DNA of 64,000 nucleotides from NCBI GenBank assembly GCA_963803975.1, contig CAWDOY010000025.1:91106-155105 (forward strand). Reading direction: 5' to 3'. Origin of the DNA: an uncultured delta proteobacterium (lineage in GTDB: Bacteria; Desulfobacterota; WTBG01; CAIYCZ01). Of the stretch, positions 41,021-54,855 are shown piece after piece. Position 1 is the first letter of the stretch. Every line of letters starts with the position of its first letter. The notes beneath the pieces are model-generated. The model was not told where the DNA came from. It saw only the letters and a list, made by a program, of their open reading frames with translations, and ran no database searches. Position numbers and translations under genes: made by a program.

Positions 41021-41208
41021 GCTCTATCTGTTGGAAATATAGGGAGCCACTTGGAACACTATCGACAATCAAATCAAATTATATATTATTTTTTAAATTT
41101 CCGGGCTGCTGGTGATTAAAACTAAGCAGCCGGCATCTGCCGCGCCCGCAACTGGCAGGCTGGTAAAATCTGCTTGCTATCTTGTAATTTGAAAGCTATA
41201 CTTGCAAT

Positions 41209-42414
41209 ATGCAAGGTAAATTATTATCCAGAAAATTACAGACCGAAGTTCTTGACTGTCTTCGGAACTTCCCAGCCGTTGCCATTTTGGGGCCCCGCCA
41301 GTGTGGCAAATCAACGCTGGCTCATATCATAATCGCCAAAGCCATGGAAAGTGTATACCTTGATCTTGAAAAGCCTTCAGACTTGAAAAAAATCAGTGAA
41401 CCAGAGCTTTTTTTTGCCCTTTACCGCAACAAGCTTATCTGCCTTGATGAAATCCAGCGCGTCCCGGAACTGTTTACTGTATTAAGAAGCATTATTGACG
41501 AGAGAGGCACCAATGGGCAGTTTCTTATTCTGGGCTCTGCCTCCCGAGACCTAATACAACAAAGCTCGGAAACACTTGCTGGAAGAATCGCCTACCTTGA
41601 ACTTACCCCGTTTCTTTTGTCCGAAACTGCTACAGAAGATAAAAGCATTGAAAGCCACTTATATGCGTACTGGCTGCGTGGTGGCTTCCCCCGTAGTTAC
41701 CTTGCCGGGAGCAATCAAAGCAGCGCACGCTGGAGACATAATTTTACGCGCACGTTTCTTGAACGGGACATTAGGCAGCTTGGATTCCAGATTCCCTCTG
41801 AGACTCTCATGAGGTTATGGAAAATGTGCGCCCACAGTCACGGGCAGCTATTAAATTCTTCTAAACTTGGGGAGTCAATAGGCGTCAGCCACACAACCTT
41901 CCGTTCATACCTTGATCTGTTATCGCAGACATTTATGCTGCGGGTACTTCCGCCCTTTGTTGCCAACCTTAAAAAACGGCTGGTAAAATCTCCCAAGCTA
42001 TTTATCAGGGACACGGGCATACTCCATGAATTGCTTGACATAGAAACGCATGATAATCTTATGGGGCATCCGGTGTTTGGTGCTTCATGGGAAGGTCTGG
42101 TTATCGAAAATATCCTGGATGAATTCTGCGGATGGAATGCAGGATTTTATCGGACATCTGCGGGAGCAGAACTCGACCTTATCCTGGAGAAGGGTAAAAG
42201 AAGGATAGGGATCGAATGTAAAGCTTCTGCAGCTCCCCAGGTGTCAAAAGGATTCTGGAATGCGCTTGATGATCTTCAGATTAGAGAGGCATATATCATA
42301 GCTCTGGTAAAAGAGCCGTATCCGATACACAAACAGGTAACCGTGATGCCGTTGCCATATTTTCTAAAACATTGCGCACAGCAGCCTTTGGAACATCACA
42401 GCATAAAATCATAA
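41209..42414 (+). CDS. AAA+ ATPase (AAA_14 + DUF4143)
   Basis: GPRQCGKST, LDEIQRVP, ETLAGRI, RGGFP, KSPKLFIRDTG, ELDL..IECK. Confidence 0.9.
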   Translation: MQGKLLSRKLQTEVLDCLRNFPAVAILGPRQCGKSTLAHIIIAKAMESVYLDLEKPSDLKKISEPELFFALYRNKLICLDEIQRVPELFTVLRSIIDERGTNGQFLILGSASRDLIQQSSETLAGRIAYLELTPFLLSETATEDKSIESHLYAYWLRGGFPRSYLAGSNQSSARWRHNFTRTFLERDIRQLGFQIPSETLMRLWKMCAHSHGQLLNSSKLGESIGVSHTTFRSYLDLLSQTFMLRVLPPFVANLKKRLVKSPKLFIRDTGILHELLDIETHDNLMGHPVFGASWEGLVIENILDEFCGWNAGFYRTSAGAELDLILEKGKRRIGIECKASAAPQVSKGFWNALDDLQIREAYIIALVKEPYPIHKQVTVMPLPYFLKHCAQQPLEHHSIKS

Positions 42415-42419
42415 TTCTA

Positions 42420-42755
42420 TTATCTGTCTTTTCTTAAAAGCTTCTCCTGCACCTCCTGTTCCACTACCCCCTCAATCCGCAGCACTTTGTGGCGTGAGGT
42501 TTGTCCCCGGATAATGGCAACCTGCCGACGCGCAATTCCCAGCTGTTTGGCAATAAATTCACAGCACTGCTTATTTGCCTCGTTATCAACCGGAGGGCTG
42601 GTGAGCTTTATGCGGAGTGCGTTATTGTGGATGCCGGCAATTTCGCAGCGTGAAGAGCGGGGGACCACGGAGACGGTTAGCTCTATGGCTCCAGGTTTGA
42701 CCGAGATGATTTCATTGATGAGGCTGTGCTGGGCGTGACATATTTTTAATTTCAA
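42420..42755 (-). CDS. yggU: DUF167 family protein
   Basis: VVPRSSR, SPPVDNEAN, GQTSRHK; start uncertain (possible ATG 42741 plus frameshift). Confidence 0.85.
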   Translation of the reverse strand: MKLKICHAQHSLINEIISVKPGAIELTVSVVPRSSRCEIAGIHNNALRIKLTSPPVDNEANKQCCEFIAKQLGIARRQVAIIRGQTSRHKVLRIEGVVEQEVQEKLLRKDR

Positions 42756-42802
42756 ATGTCAAAATCCAAAGGCCAAATGAATGAATCCAAATGCCAAAAC
42801 TG

Positions 42803-43372
42803 TTAAATTATTTGAATTTTGAATTCATTTGACATTTGAGCTTTGTCATTTGACATTGCAAGGCTATTCTCCGCCTTGCGACGTTCCCCTCCGAGCATGC
42901 CAAGGTAGGTTTCAAGAAGTGATCTGAGGGAGGTTTCAAACTGCGCCCGCTTCTGCATCATGCCGTTAATCTCCTGCTGCAGGACCGCGCACTGCTGCCG
43001 TACCTCGGCAATGACCTTGTCCGCATCGAGCCGGGCACCGGAGATAATCAGCGACGCTTCGTTCCGGGCATTTTCCTGCATAGCGCCGCCTATTTGTTTC
43101 GCCGCGGCAAGCGCGTCATATAAGGTCTTTTCATTCTCCCGGTATTCGGTAAGCTCCTGCTGCAGGGCATGCGCCGCTTCTTTTAACTGCGTATTTTCCT
43201 CCAGTACCTGATTGAGCTCTTTTGCAAGTTCTTCCAGGAAATTATCAACCTGATTGATATCATAGCCTCTGAAACGGACGGAAAATTCTTTTTGCATGAT
43301 ATCAGTGGGTGATATTTTCAGAGTCTGTATTGGCGAATCTTCATCATCAAACAGTATCTTTTCGTCAACCAT
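42803..43372 (-). CDS. DivIVA domain protein
   Basis: ISPTDIMQKEFSVRFRGYDINQVDNFL plus coiled coil. Confidence 0.9.
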   Translation of the reverse strand: MVDEKILFDDEDSPIQTLKISPTDIMQKEFSVRFRGYDINQVDNFLEELAKELNQVLEENTQLKEAAHALQQELTEYRENEKTLYDALAAAKQIGGAMQENARNEASLIISGARLDADKVIAEVRQQCAVLQQEINGMMQKRAQFETSLRSLLETYLGMLGGERRKAENSLAMSNDKAQMSNEFKIQII

Positions 43373-43374
43373 GG

Positions 43375-43677
43375 TTATCGCAGCCTTATGGCAATTTCCT
43401 GGAGGGTCCCAACCAGAAAACTGTCGAGAAAGATGATTATAATAAATACGATAATCGGCGTAATATCGATTGCTCCCATCCTCCCGAACGGCAGCAAGCG
43501 CCGTACGCGATACAGTACCGGCTCGGTGGTCTGGTAAAGAAAATTAACTATCGGGTTGTACGGGTCCGGGCTCACCCAGGAGATAACAGCACGGGCCACT
43601 ATCAGCCACATATAAATCTGCAGCACATAGTGAATAATAATTGCTATGGCATTGAGAAGGTTGGAAAAGATGAACAT
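43375..43677 (-). CDS. yggT: YggT family membrane protein
   Basis: ISWVSPDPYNPIVNFLYQTTEPVL..IDITPI. Confidence 0.92.
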   Translation of the reverse strand: MFIFSNLLNAIAIIIHYVLQIYMWLIVARAVISWVSPDPYNPIVNFLYQTTEPVLYRVRRLLPFGRMGAIDITPIIVFIIIIFLDSFLVGTLQEIAIRLR

Positions 43678-43687
43678 AAAAACTCCA

Positions 43688-43810
43688 GATAAAGGCCAAA
43701 AGGTTAAGAGGCTAAGAGCATTACAAAGGTTAAGATGGCTGAAGGTTAAGAGGCTAAGTGGTTTCACTCTGTTAACTTTTGACATTTTAGCCTTTTTACC
43801 TTGTTCACCT
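43688..43810. repeat. Degenerate 8-mer arrays, same family
   Basis: AAAGGCCA AAAGGTTA AGAGGCTA... followed by complementary TAGCCTTT/TTACCTT units. Confidence 0.7.
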
Positions 43811-44570
43811 TATTCCTGTCATAAATAATCTTCAGCCCCTTGAGCGTCAGCAGTTCATCAACCTCATTAATGGTCTCGGAGTGCGCCGCGATCAGGGTTG
43901 CAAGGCCCCCGGTTGCAACCACATAGGGATCAGTCTGAACTTCTTTTTTCATCCGGGTGACCAGGCCGTCCACAAGGCCAATGTAGCCGTAGACAAGGCC
44001 GGACTGCATACTGCTCACCGTGTCTCTCCCCACCACCTGCCGGGGGCTGGTAAATTCCACGCGCGGCAGCTTCGAGGCTTTCTGGAACAGCGCCTCGCTT
44101 GATATGCTGATCCCGGGAGCGATAGCGCCGCCCAGGTACTCGCCCTGCGGCGTGATATAGTCAAAAGTGGTTGCCGTGCCAAGGTCAATGATAATAAGGC
44201 TGCGCCGGTATTTCGCATAGGCAGCCACGGCATTGACAATGCGGTCTGCGCCCACTTCTTTGGGATTATCGTATTTAATGGGCATGCCCAGGTTTATATC
44301 AGGCCCGACAAACAGGGGCTCAATATTAAAATAGGTTTTGCACATCTGCTCCAGCGTTGGCACGACCGGAGGCACAACACACGATATGATGATCGCCGTG
44401 ATGTCTTCACGCACTATGCCGCGTGACGCAATAAGACTCTGCAGGAGCATGCCGTACTCATCGGTGGTCTTGTCCCGGTCGGTCATGACCCGCCAGTGCG
44501 TCACCAGCGTGTCGTCCTTATAAATGCCCAGTACGATATTGGTATTGCCGACGTCGAAAACGAGTACCAT
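43764..44570 (-). CDS. coaX: Type III pantothenate kinase
   Basis: [29 protein letters not shown]. Confidence 0.94.
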   Translation of the reverse strand: MVLVFDVGNTNIVLGIYKDDTLVTHWRVMTDRDKTTDEYGMLLQSLIASRGIVREDITAIIISCVVPPVVPTLEQMCKTYFNIEPLFVGPDINLGMPIKYDNPKEVGADRIVNAVAAYAKYRRSLIIIDLGTATTFDYITPQGEYLGGAIAPGISISSEALFQKASKLPRVEFTSPRQVVGRDTVSSMQSGLVYGYIGLVDGLVTRMKKEVQTDPYVVATGGLATLIAAHSETINEVDELLTLKGLKIIYDRNKVNKVKRLKCQKLTE

Positions 44571-44589
44571 ATGTTATAAACCTCAAATT

Positions 44590-44740
44590 CGAAAATCAAA
44601 ATGACCAGTCAAATTATATTAATGTCAAATGACAAAGCTCAAATTACAAATGAAACCCAAATGTCTAAAGCTCAAATTTAATTTTCATCATTGAAGGCTT
44701 TGACATTCATTTGGCCTTTGAGCTTTGACATTTGACATTT
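44590..44740. repeat. Degenerate 7-mer arrays in inverted arrangement
   Basis: TGTCAAA/GCTCAAA units then TTTGACA/TTTGAGC units; same pattern at 42745-42860. Confidence 0.75.
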
Positions 44741-45611
44741 CATCCTGGCATTCATTGGTCACTCGCAATTCAATTTCCATGCTGATATCAACCGCGCGTG
44801 CTGAATGGGTAATGGAGCCCACGGAGATATAATTAACTCCCGTCTGCGCAATCTCTTCAATATTCTCAAGTGTTACATTGCCTGACACCTCAAGGGGAAT
44901 GCCGCCGCCGGCAATTTCGACCGCTTTTCTGATGTCATCGATTGCCATGTTATCGAGCATTATCATATCAGGCCCGGCATCAAGCGCTTCGATGAGCTCC
45001 TGGATGGTGCACACTTCCACTTCAATCTTGAGCAGGGGGTTCCTGGCTGCCTGCGCCTTCTTGACCGCCTGGGTGATGCCGCCGCAGGCAGCGATGTGGT
45101 TATCCTTGATAAGGATGCCGTCAAAAAGTCCCACCCGGTGATTTATGCCTCCCCCGACATGCACTGCTTCTTTTTCAAGCATCCTCATGCCGGGAGCTGT
45201 TTTCCTGGTGTCAAGAAGTGCGACCTCATACGGCTTGATTCGTTCCACAAACTGTGCGGTACGAGTTGCCACTCCTGACAGGTGCTGAAGAAAATTGAGT
45301 GCTGTCCGTTCGCCGGTCAGCAGTATGTCAAACGGGCCCTGCAGCTCTGCTATGAGCGCACCTTTCTCAATTAATTCTCCCTCCTGTTCAGCAAAGAGAA
45401 ACTCTACCCGGGAGCTTAAGATCTGAAAGACTCTCCTGAACGGCACCATGCCGGCTACCACCAGTTCTTCTTTGGCGATCACGGTTGCCCTGCCCTGCAG
45501 GCCGGGTTCAACAAGATACGCCGTGGTTTTATCACCGGGCCCGATATCTTCTTTCAGGGCCATGACGATAAGCTCGTCTAATTGTACTGTTTCAACAGTG
45601 CCTTCTATCAT
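44688..45611 (-). CDS. nadC: Nicotinate-nucleotide pyrophosphorylase
   Basis: ERTALNFLQ, DTRKT, NHR, ILIKDNH, IEVEV, MLDNM. Confidence 0.95.
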   Translation of the reverse strand: MIEGTVETVQLDELIVMALKEDIGPGDKTTAYLVEPGLQGRATVIAKEELVVAGMVPFRRVFQILSSRVEFLFAEQEGELIEKGALIAELQGPFDILLTGERTALNFLQHLSGVATRTAQFVERIKPYEVALLDTRKTAPGMRMLEKEAVHVGGGINHRVGLFDGILIKDNHIAACGGITQAVKKAQAARNPLLKIEVEVCTIQELIEALDAGPDMIMLDNMAIDDIRKAVEIAGGGIPLEVSGNVTLENIEEIAQTGVNYISVGSITHSARAVDISMEIELRVTNECQDEMSNVKAQRPNECQSLQ

Positions 45612-48263
45612 GCGCTCAGCCTTGCTATCCTGTCTATGTTTTCCTGCAGCCGGGATTCTTTTTCTTTTAGCGTTTGTGCCCGTGCTCGCTCTTTTTCTAT
45701 GACCTCCTGGGGGGCACGGTCCATAAAGTCCCGGTTCGCCAGCTTCCTGTTAATAAACGTGAGGTCATCTAAAACTTTCTTCATCTCCTTCTCGAGCCGC
45801 TTTTTCTCCTCGCTGCAATCAACCAGCCCTTCAAGCGAGAGAAACAGCTCTGCGCCGTCAATAACTGCCGCCACTGCTGACGGGGGCTTTTGAAAGGCCC
45901 GGTGGACGGCAACAGACTTTAAGCCCTGCCAGCGTGCACATCATCGGGGTATGGGCCTGCAGGGTGCTCATGACCGCATCGCTGTGGCAGAGCATATCCG
46001 TATGGGGCCGGCCGGCCGGAGACAGATTCATCTCGCTGCGCAGGTTGCGTATGGCAGTTACCGCCTGAATGATGGTTTCCATCTCTTTTTCCGCAGCAGC
46101 GTCAAATTCCCGCGCATCAGCCTGCGGAAATGGTGCTACGATTATGCTTCCGGAACACCCCGGGAGCTGCTGCCATATCTCTTCAGTCACAAACGGCATG
46201 ATCGGATGAAGCAGCTCAAGCGCGGTTTTCAGTACGCGCACCATGCAGCCCTGCACCATGAACCGCTCGGTCACATGTTCCTTCTGGTACAGCGACGGCT
46301 TTATCATCTCCAGGTACCAGTCACAGTACTCGTGCCAGATGAACTGATAGAGGTGGTGTGCAGCTTCATTGAATTTGTACTCGTCCAGGGCGGCAACGAC
46401 ATTCTCGATAAGATGATTCATCCTGCTGATGATCCACCGCTCCCTGAGCCCCGGAGCGGATATATCAACACCATCGGGCGTATAATCACTCAAGTTCATG
46501 AGCACAAAGCGTGCTGCATTCCAGATCTTGTTAACAAAGTGGCGGTATCCCTCAATGCGGTCTTCAGCAAGGCGTATGTCCCGGCCCTGCGCTGCCATTG
46601 CCGCCAGGGTAAAGCGGAAGCTGTCGGTGCCGAATTTGTCTATGATCTCCAGCGGGTCAATAACGTTGCCTTTGGATTTGCTCATCTTCTGGCCTTCCAC
46701 GTCCCTGACCAGCGCGTGGATGTACACATCCCGGAACGGCACCCGTCCCATGAATTTCAGACCCATCATCATCATGCGCGCCACCCAGAAAAAGAGGATG
46801 TCAAACCCGGTAACCAGACAGGAGGTGGGATAAAAAGTCTCAAGCTCAACGGTCTTTTTCGGCCACCCAAGGGTTGAAAACGGCCACAGGGCAGAGCTGA
46901 ACCAGGTATCAAGGACATCACTTTCCTGTTCAATGTTCTTGCTTCCGCAGTGGCTGCAGGCGGACGGATCATCCCGCTCAACGGTGATCTCCCCGCAATC
47001 CCCGCAGTACCAGGCAGGTATCCGGTGTCCCCACCAGATCTGCCGGGAGATGCACCAGTCTCTAATGTTGTTCATCCATTCGAAATAGGTCTTCTCCCAT
47101 GACTGGGGGATGATCCTGGTCTGTCCTTTCTCAACCGCTGCGATGGCCTGTTCCGCCAGCGGCTTCACGTTGACAAACCACTGCATGGAGAGGTTCGGCT
47201 CAACAATTATTTTGCACCGGTAGCAGTGTCCGACAAAATGGCGGTGGGGTTCTATTTTGAGCAGCAGCTTCTGCAGTTTCAGGTCCTCGAGCACCCGCTT
47301 GCGGGCATCAAAGCGGTCAAGCCCCTGGTACTGCCCGGCCTCTTCGGTCATGGTGCCGTCTTCGCCGATAACCTTGACCAGCGCCAGGTTATGCTTCTGG
47401 CCGATCTCAAAGTCATTGGGGTCATGGGCAGGTGTTATCTTCAATGCGCCCGTACCAAACTTCAGATCCACATACGGATCGCCGATCACCGGTATGTGCC
47501 GGTTCATCAGGGGAAGCATTACCTCAGTTCCTATCCAATCCTTATAGCGCTTGTCTTCAGGGTTTACCGCTATCGCCGTATCCCCAAGCATGGTCTCGGG
47601 CCGCGTTGTTGCCACCGTCAGAAATCTGTTTCCATCCGGAGACGGATATTTAATGTAGTACAGGTTACCGTCTATCTCATCATGCTCCACTTCCAGGTCG
47701 GAAAGCGCGGTGTGACAGCGGGGGCACCAGTTGATAAGCTTTTTGCCGCGGTAGATGAGCCCTTCCCGGTACAGGCTGACAAACACCTCACGCACTGCCT
47801 GCGAGAGGCCTTCATCCATGGTGAACCGCTCTCTCGACCAGTCGCATGACGCGCCGAGGCGCATGAGCTGCCGGATGATGATCCCGCCGTACTGCTCTTT
47901 CCATGTCCAGACCCGCTTTATAAATTCTTCCCTGCCCAGGTCAAAGCGGCTTTTGTTTTCCGCGGCAAGCTCGCGCTCCATCACGTTCTGGGTGGCGATG
48001 CCGGCATGGTCGGTGCCGCACTGCCAGAGGGTTTTAAAGCCCTGCATGCGCTTAAAGCGTACCAGGATGTCCTGCAGCGTATTATTTAATGCATGTCCCA
48101 TGTGCAGCGACCCGGTCACATTGGGCGGCGGGATAACGATGCAGTACGGCTGCGAGCTGCTGTTCATGTCAGGCTTGAAATACCCGTTGTCGAGCCAGAA
48201 CTGGTACCACCGGCTTTCAACCTCATGCGGTTCGTATGATTTAGGTAAAACACTATTTTCCAT
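45608..48263 (-). CDS. valS: Valine--tRNA ligase, frameshifted near the 3' end
   Basis: PPPNVTGSLHMGH, ATTRPET, DWCISRQ, KMSKS; C-terminal coiled coil in 45608..45874. Confidence 0.96.
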
Positions 48264-48462
48264 GGAAACCTTTTTAAGAGATGACAGAAAACAGACTATA
48301 AATCAGTGGCCTGTGACTCGTGAAAAGTGAAAAGTGGAAAGTGAAATTCCGATTCACTGATTCACCAACTCACCCATTCACCCGTTTCCCCTTGCACCCT
48401 CGAACACTTGGACCCTTGAACCCTATCTTTGCCTTTGTGCCTATTGCCTTCAGCCTTCTGCC

Positions 48463-50116
<1,654 letters not shown>

Positions 50117-50337
50117 AAATCCTCCCTCGCTATTGAATTCCTCAATGTTGGCAGCTTTCAGTACTCATCAATGGTATCTTTTTAAAATTTATTGTTTTGT
50201 GCGTATAAACTAAAGATACTATCTATAAAAGGAGGTAAAAGTCAAACGCCTTTTTCTTAACAAAAAATTGTGTTTTATCTCATTTTAATAACGAGTATAA
50301 TCCGTATGCTAATTTCATAACTCTCTAAAAAATATAA

Positions 50338-51685
50338 ATGAAACAAAGCAGAATCCATGTAATCAATGCCGCCAGGAGCGATAATACCGGCCCGGTTGTC
50401 TACTGGATGAGCAGGGATCAGAGGATACATGACAACTGGGCACTTTTGTTTGCGCAAAAACTGGCTATTGAGCAAAAAGTGCCGCTCACCGTTATCTTTT
50501 GTCTGGTGCCGGAGTTTTTAAATGCCACCATCAGGCACTATGGGTTCATGATACAGGGACTGCGCGAAATAGAAGCAGCGCTCGTTAAAAAGAACATCGG
50601 TTTTTCCCTCCTTATTGGCTCGCCTGCCAAGGAGGTCCCCGGCTTTATTAATAAACATCAGGCACACACCCTGATAGCTGATTTTGATCCTTTGCATATT
50701 AAAAAACATTGGAAAGATGAAGCAGTACATCACATTGCTATCCCCTTTTTTGAAGTTGACGCGCATAACATTGTCCCCTGCCGGGCTGCCTCCCTTAAAC
50801 AGGAATACGGTGCTTATACGCTGCGGCCCAAAATCAACCGGCTGCTGCCGGAATTCCTGGATGATTTTCCTCCGCTGAAGAAACACCCGTTCACGCTGTC
50901 CGCTCCGGCAAAAAAAATTGATTGGGAACGGGTCCTTGGATCGTTACCAATCAACCGGGATGTCGGAGAGGTCAGCTGGCTCAAGCCCGGAGAGAATGCC
51001 GCGCGCAATGCTTTGAACTCTTTTCTGAACAGCCGCCTGCAAAACTACAACGACCAGAGAAACGATCCCACCCTTGACGGCCAGTCAGGCCTGTCCCCGT
51101 ACCTTCATTTCGGCCAGCTTTCCGCCCAGCGGGTGGCTCTTGAGGTGAAAAAGCGGGCGGGAAGAACAGAATCAGCCACAGCATTGCTGGAAGAGCTGGT
51201 GGTCAGGCGGGAGCTGTCAGACAACTTCTGTTTCTATAATCCAAACTATGACCGGTTTGCAGGATTTCCTGAATGGGCACGCAAAACACTCGATGCACAT
51301 CGCACAGATCGCAGAGAGTACATTTATTCTCTTGAATAATTTTGAGAATGCCGCAACGCATGATGACCTCTGGAATGCAGCTCAAATCGAGATGACGGTA
51401 AAGGGCAAGATGCACGGCTATATGCGCATGTACTGGGCAAAGAAAATTCTTGAATGGACTGAAACGCCCGAAGATGCCATGGAGATTGCCATATATCTCA
51501 ATGACAAATACGAGCTTGACGGACGCGACCCGAATGGCTACACCGGCATTGCCTGGTCAATCGGCGGCGTGCATGACCGGGCGTGGGGTGAGCGGCCGGT
51601 GTTCGGCAAAATCCGCTACATGAGCTATAACGGCTGCAAATCAAAATTTAATGTTAAGGCATATATAGAGAAATATATAAAATAG
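50338..51685 (+). CDS. Class II CPD photolyase, frameshifted near 51340
   Basis: [48 protein letters not shown]. Confidence 0.93.
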
Positions 51686-51746
51686 CTGTCAGCTTTCAGC
51701 CTTCAGCAGACGTTCTTTATTAGAATGGGAGGGGTTTAAAAAAACC

Positions 51747-52544
51747 ATGATCAGGATTTTTAAAAACTTTTTTTCTCTTTTTACCGGTAAGCCGCAGGTC
51801 GCTGAAAAACAGCGCTCCCAGGAAACAATGAATCTCATCCTCAGCCGCCGCAGTTGCAGGTCGTTTACTGACGAGGAGATTGATAAGGATGATTTTCTGG
51901 CGATTCTTGAAGCCGGCCGCTTTGCACCAAGTACCGTAAACCTCCAGACCTGGAGCTTTATAACCTTTACCAGGGCGCAGTGGCGGGAGGTGTTTGACCG
52001 GCCCATCCCGTTCAACGGCATGCAGGCCATAGTCATATGCGCTGACATGTTCCGCCTTAAAAATAATTTCCCTGATTTAAAAGACACGCCGTATGTAAAT
52101 ATCTCTTTTGCATTGTTCAACGCGGGCCTTGCCGCCATGAACATGACTATTGCGGCAGAGGCGCTCGGACTGAAAAGCATCATGCTTTCCGAAACCGGCA
52201 AAACCGGGCTGCTTGATTTTTCATATCTCAAGGAAAAGCTGCGCCTGCCTGACAAGGTGATACCAATGACAACGCTGGTGGTCGGTAAAGCAAAAGGCGA
52301 AAAGGCGGGCATCCCTCCCCGCCAGCCGTGGAAGGCCAATGTGATGGAAAAAGTTTATAATGCTGATAATTGTGAGATGCTCGAAGACTGGCAGCAGCAG
52401 ATGTTTATCGGCTTCAAGCTCACCCATCCGCTGTCAAACTTCCAGAAGCAGCTGGAGATGTATAAGAAGAAGATGGTTGAGGCGGAAGAGGAGATTAAAG
52501 AAGCAGTACAGAAAATAAAGTGTTGCAGAGAGCCACGGAATTAA
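51747..52544 (+). CDS. Nitroreductase family protein
   Basis: RRSCRSF, APSTVNLQTW, IAAEALGL. Confidence 0.88.
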   Translation: MIRIFKNFFSLFTGKPQVAEKQRSQETMNLILSRRSCRSFTDEEIDKDDFLAILEAGRFAPSTVNLQTWSFITFTRAQWREVFDRPIPFNGMQAIVICADMFRLKNNFPDLKDTPYVNISFALFNAGLAAMNMTIAAEALGLKSIMLSETGKTGLLDFSYLKEKLRLPDKVIPMTTLVVGKAKGEKAGIPPRQPWKANVMEKVYNADNCEMLEDWQQQMFIGFKLTHPLSNFQKQLEMYKKKMVEAEEEIKEAVQKIKCCREPRN

Positions 52545-52680
52545 GGTCTCAAGAGGACGCTGTTAAATTGTCAACTTTTTCAACGGCAAAAAGTGTATGC
52601 ATGAGCTTTATAACAGGCTGATTGATTTAAGTAACCTGTCCGTAGAATTCCCTGTCTATTAATTGTTGTGCTGGTAACAA

Positions 52681-52914
52681 ATGAAAACATTTTTTGCAGT
52701 CGCTTGCGAAAGAAACACTATAGCCACGTCGGCAAGGGTTGCGTTGTGCGTCGGAACTATCCTCGCACTGATCAACTATGGCGACCGCATTTTACTGCGT
52801 TACGACATGCAAGACATGGATTGGTTCAAGCTCGCCGTTACGTACTGTGTCCCCTACTGCGTGGCCACGTACGGTGCCGCCAGGTACGCCCTGAGGCATG
52901 ACAAAGATAATTGA
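52681..52914 (+). CDS. NrtS-like small membrane protein
   Basis: VALCVGTILALIN..TYCVPYCVATYGA. Confidence 0.7.
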   Translation: MKTFFAVACERNTIATSARVALCVGTILALINYGDRILLRYDMQDMDWFKLAVTYCVPYCVATYGAARYALRHDKDN

Positions 52915-53044
52915 ATTTTGGGTCAAGCCTGTCTTTGATTGCCAGTCTCAGATAATCACGTGATGCAATACAAATTTATTAGCCGCGAACCGCTCTATCA
53001 GCAATGTTTCACCAGGTACGGATAGAAGTAATCCAAAATCATAT

Positions 53045-54842
53045 TCAAACCGTAGTTAATCTCTTCTCCAGCTCATGCAGTTCATCCCACAATTCTGATG
53101 GCAGCCGCTCGCCAAACTTGCTGAAATGTTCTTTAATACGGATAACTTCGCTCTGCCACTGCTCAGGATCGACCCTGAGGAGTTCTTCCACATCATCTGC
53201 TGAAACAGGTAAGCCTGACATCTCAAGCGCTTGTTTTGCTGGAACATACCCGATGGGAGTGACAGCTGCATCAGCGATGCCTTCTATTCTTTCATAAATC
53301 CATTTGAGCACCCGGCTGTTTTCTCCGTAACCCGGCCACAAAAATTTACCCTCATCATCTTTTCTAAACCAGTTCACATAATAGATTTTCGGCAGGCAGG
53401 CACCCTCTTTCCCCTCAATCGAGAGCCAGTGCGCAAAGTAATCACCCATGTTATATCCGCAGAAAGGCAGCATGGCAAAGGGGTCACGCCTGAGTTCTCC
53501 AACCTTTCCTGCTGCGGCAGCCGTCATTTCAGAAGCCATAATAGAACCCATAAACACACCATTCCTCCAGTTGAATGATTCAGTAACAAGAGGGATAAGG
53601 GATGAGCGTCTGCCGCCAAAGAGTATTGCTGAAATGGGCACCCCCCTGGGATCATCCCAGGCAGCATCAACAATGGGGCATTGAGAAATGGGAGCGGTAA
53701 AGCGCGCATTGGGGTGAGCAGCATTTTTACCACAGTCCGGGGTCCAGTCTTCGCGAGTCCAGCTCAGGAGCTTTTCCGGCTCTTCATCAGTCATGCCTTC
53801 CCACCAGACATCCCCGTCTGCAGTTAAGGCAACATTGGTAAACAGGGAATTTTTAGTAATGGACAGCATAGCGTTTTCATTGGACTCCAGTAGACGTTCC
53901 GGGTGCGACACCGAAAAATCCGGCCTCCGGGTTTATGGCATAGAGCCTGCCATCCGGTCCGAATTTCATCCATGCAATATCATCTCCCACGCATTCCACT
54001 TTCCACCCCGGGATTGTAGGAACCAGCATGGCAAGATTAGTTTTTCCGCATGCGCTCGGGAATGCGGCTGCTACATATATTTTCTTTCCTTGAGGTGAAA
54101 CAATGCCCATAATCAGCATATGCTCGGCCATCCATCCATCATCACGGGCCATGGCGGAGGCAATCCGTAATGCAAAACATTTTTTACCCAGCAGTGCGTT
54201 CCCCCCATACCCCGAGCCGTATGACCAGATAGATTTTTCCTCCGGAAAATGGACAATATATTTATTGTCAGAGTCACAGGGCCAGGGCACGTCTTGTTGA
54301 CCAGGGGCAAGAGGAGCTCCCACAGAATGGAGGCAGGGAACAAAGGCACCATCACCAAGCACATCAAGCACCGCTCTTCCCATTCTCGTCATAATTCTCA
54401 TGTTGCACACTACATAGGGGGAATCAGTAAGCTCCACTCCGATATGAGAAATCTTTGAACCGAGGGGGCCCATGCAGAAAGGAATGACATACATAGTCCG
54501 GCCTTTCATACATCCGGCAAAAAGACCTTTGAGGGTTGCTTTCATCTCTTCGGGGTCTTTCCAGTTATTGGTGGGCCCGGCGTCGATCTCTTTTTTTGAA
54601 CAAATAAAGGTCCGATCTTCAACCCGTGCTACATCGCGGGGATCAGAAAGACAAAGATAACTGCCGGGACGCTTTTCTTCGTCTAATTTTATAAAGGCCC
54701 CGTTTTTTACCAGCAGTTTACATAATCTATCATATTCCTCCTGTGATCCGTCACACACCTCAATGTTGTCCGGCTTGCACATTCCAGCCACTTCGCTAAT
54801 CCAGTTTTTCAGTCTTGTGTTCTGTACATTTTCTAATTTCAT
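53045..54842 (-). CDS. pckG: GTP-dependent phosphoenolpyruvate carboxykinase, frameshifted near 53890
   Basis: [48 protein letters not shown]. Confidence 0.95.
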
Positions 54843-54855
54843 ATAAACCCCTTTG

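Noticed and set aside
45951..47849. Long antisense ORFs opposite valS, and similar ones opposite kaiC, AI-2E and RNB
   Set aside because: Shadow ORFs of well-supported genes, with no motifs of their own.
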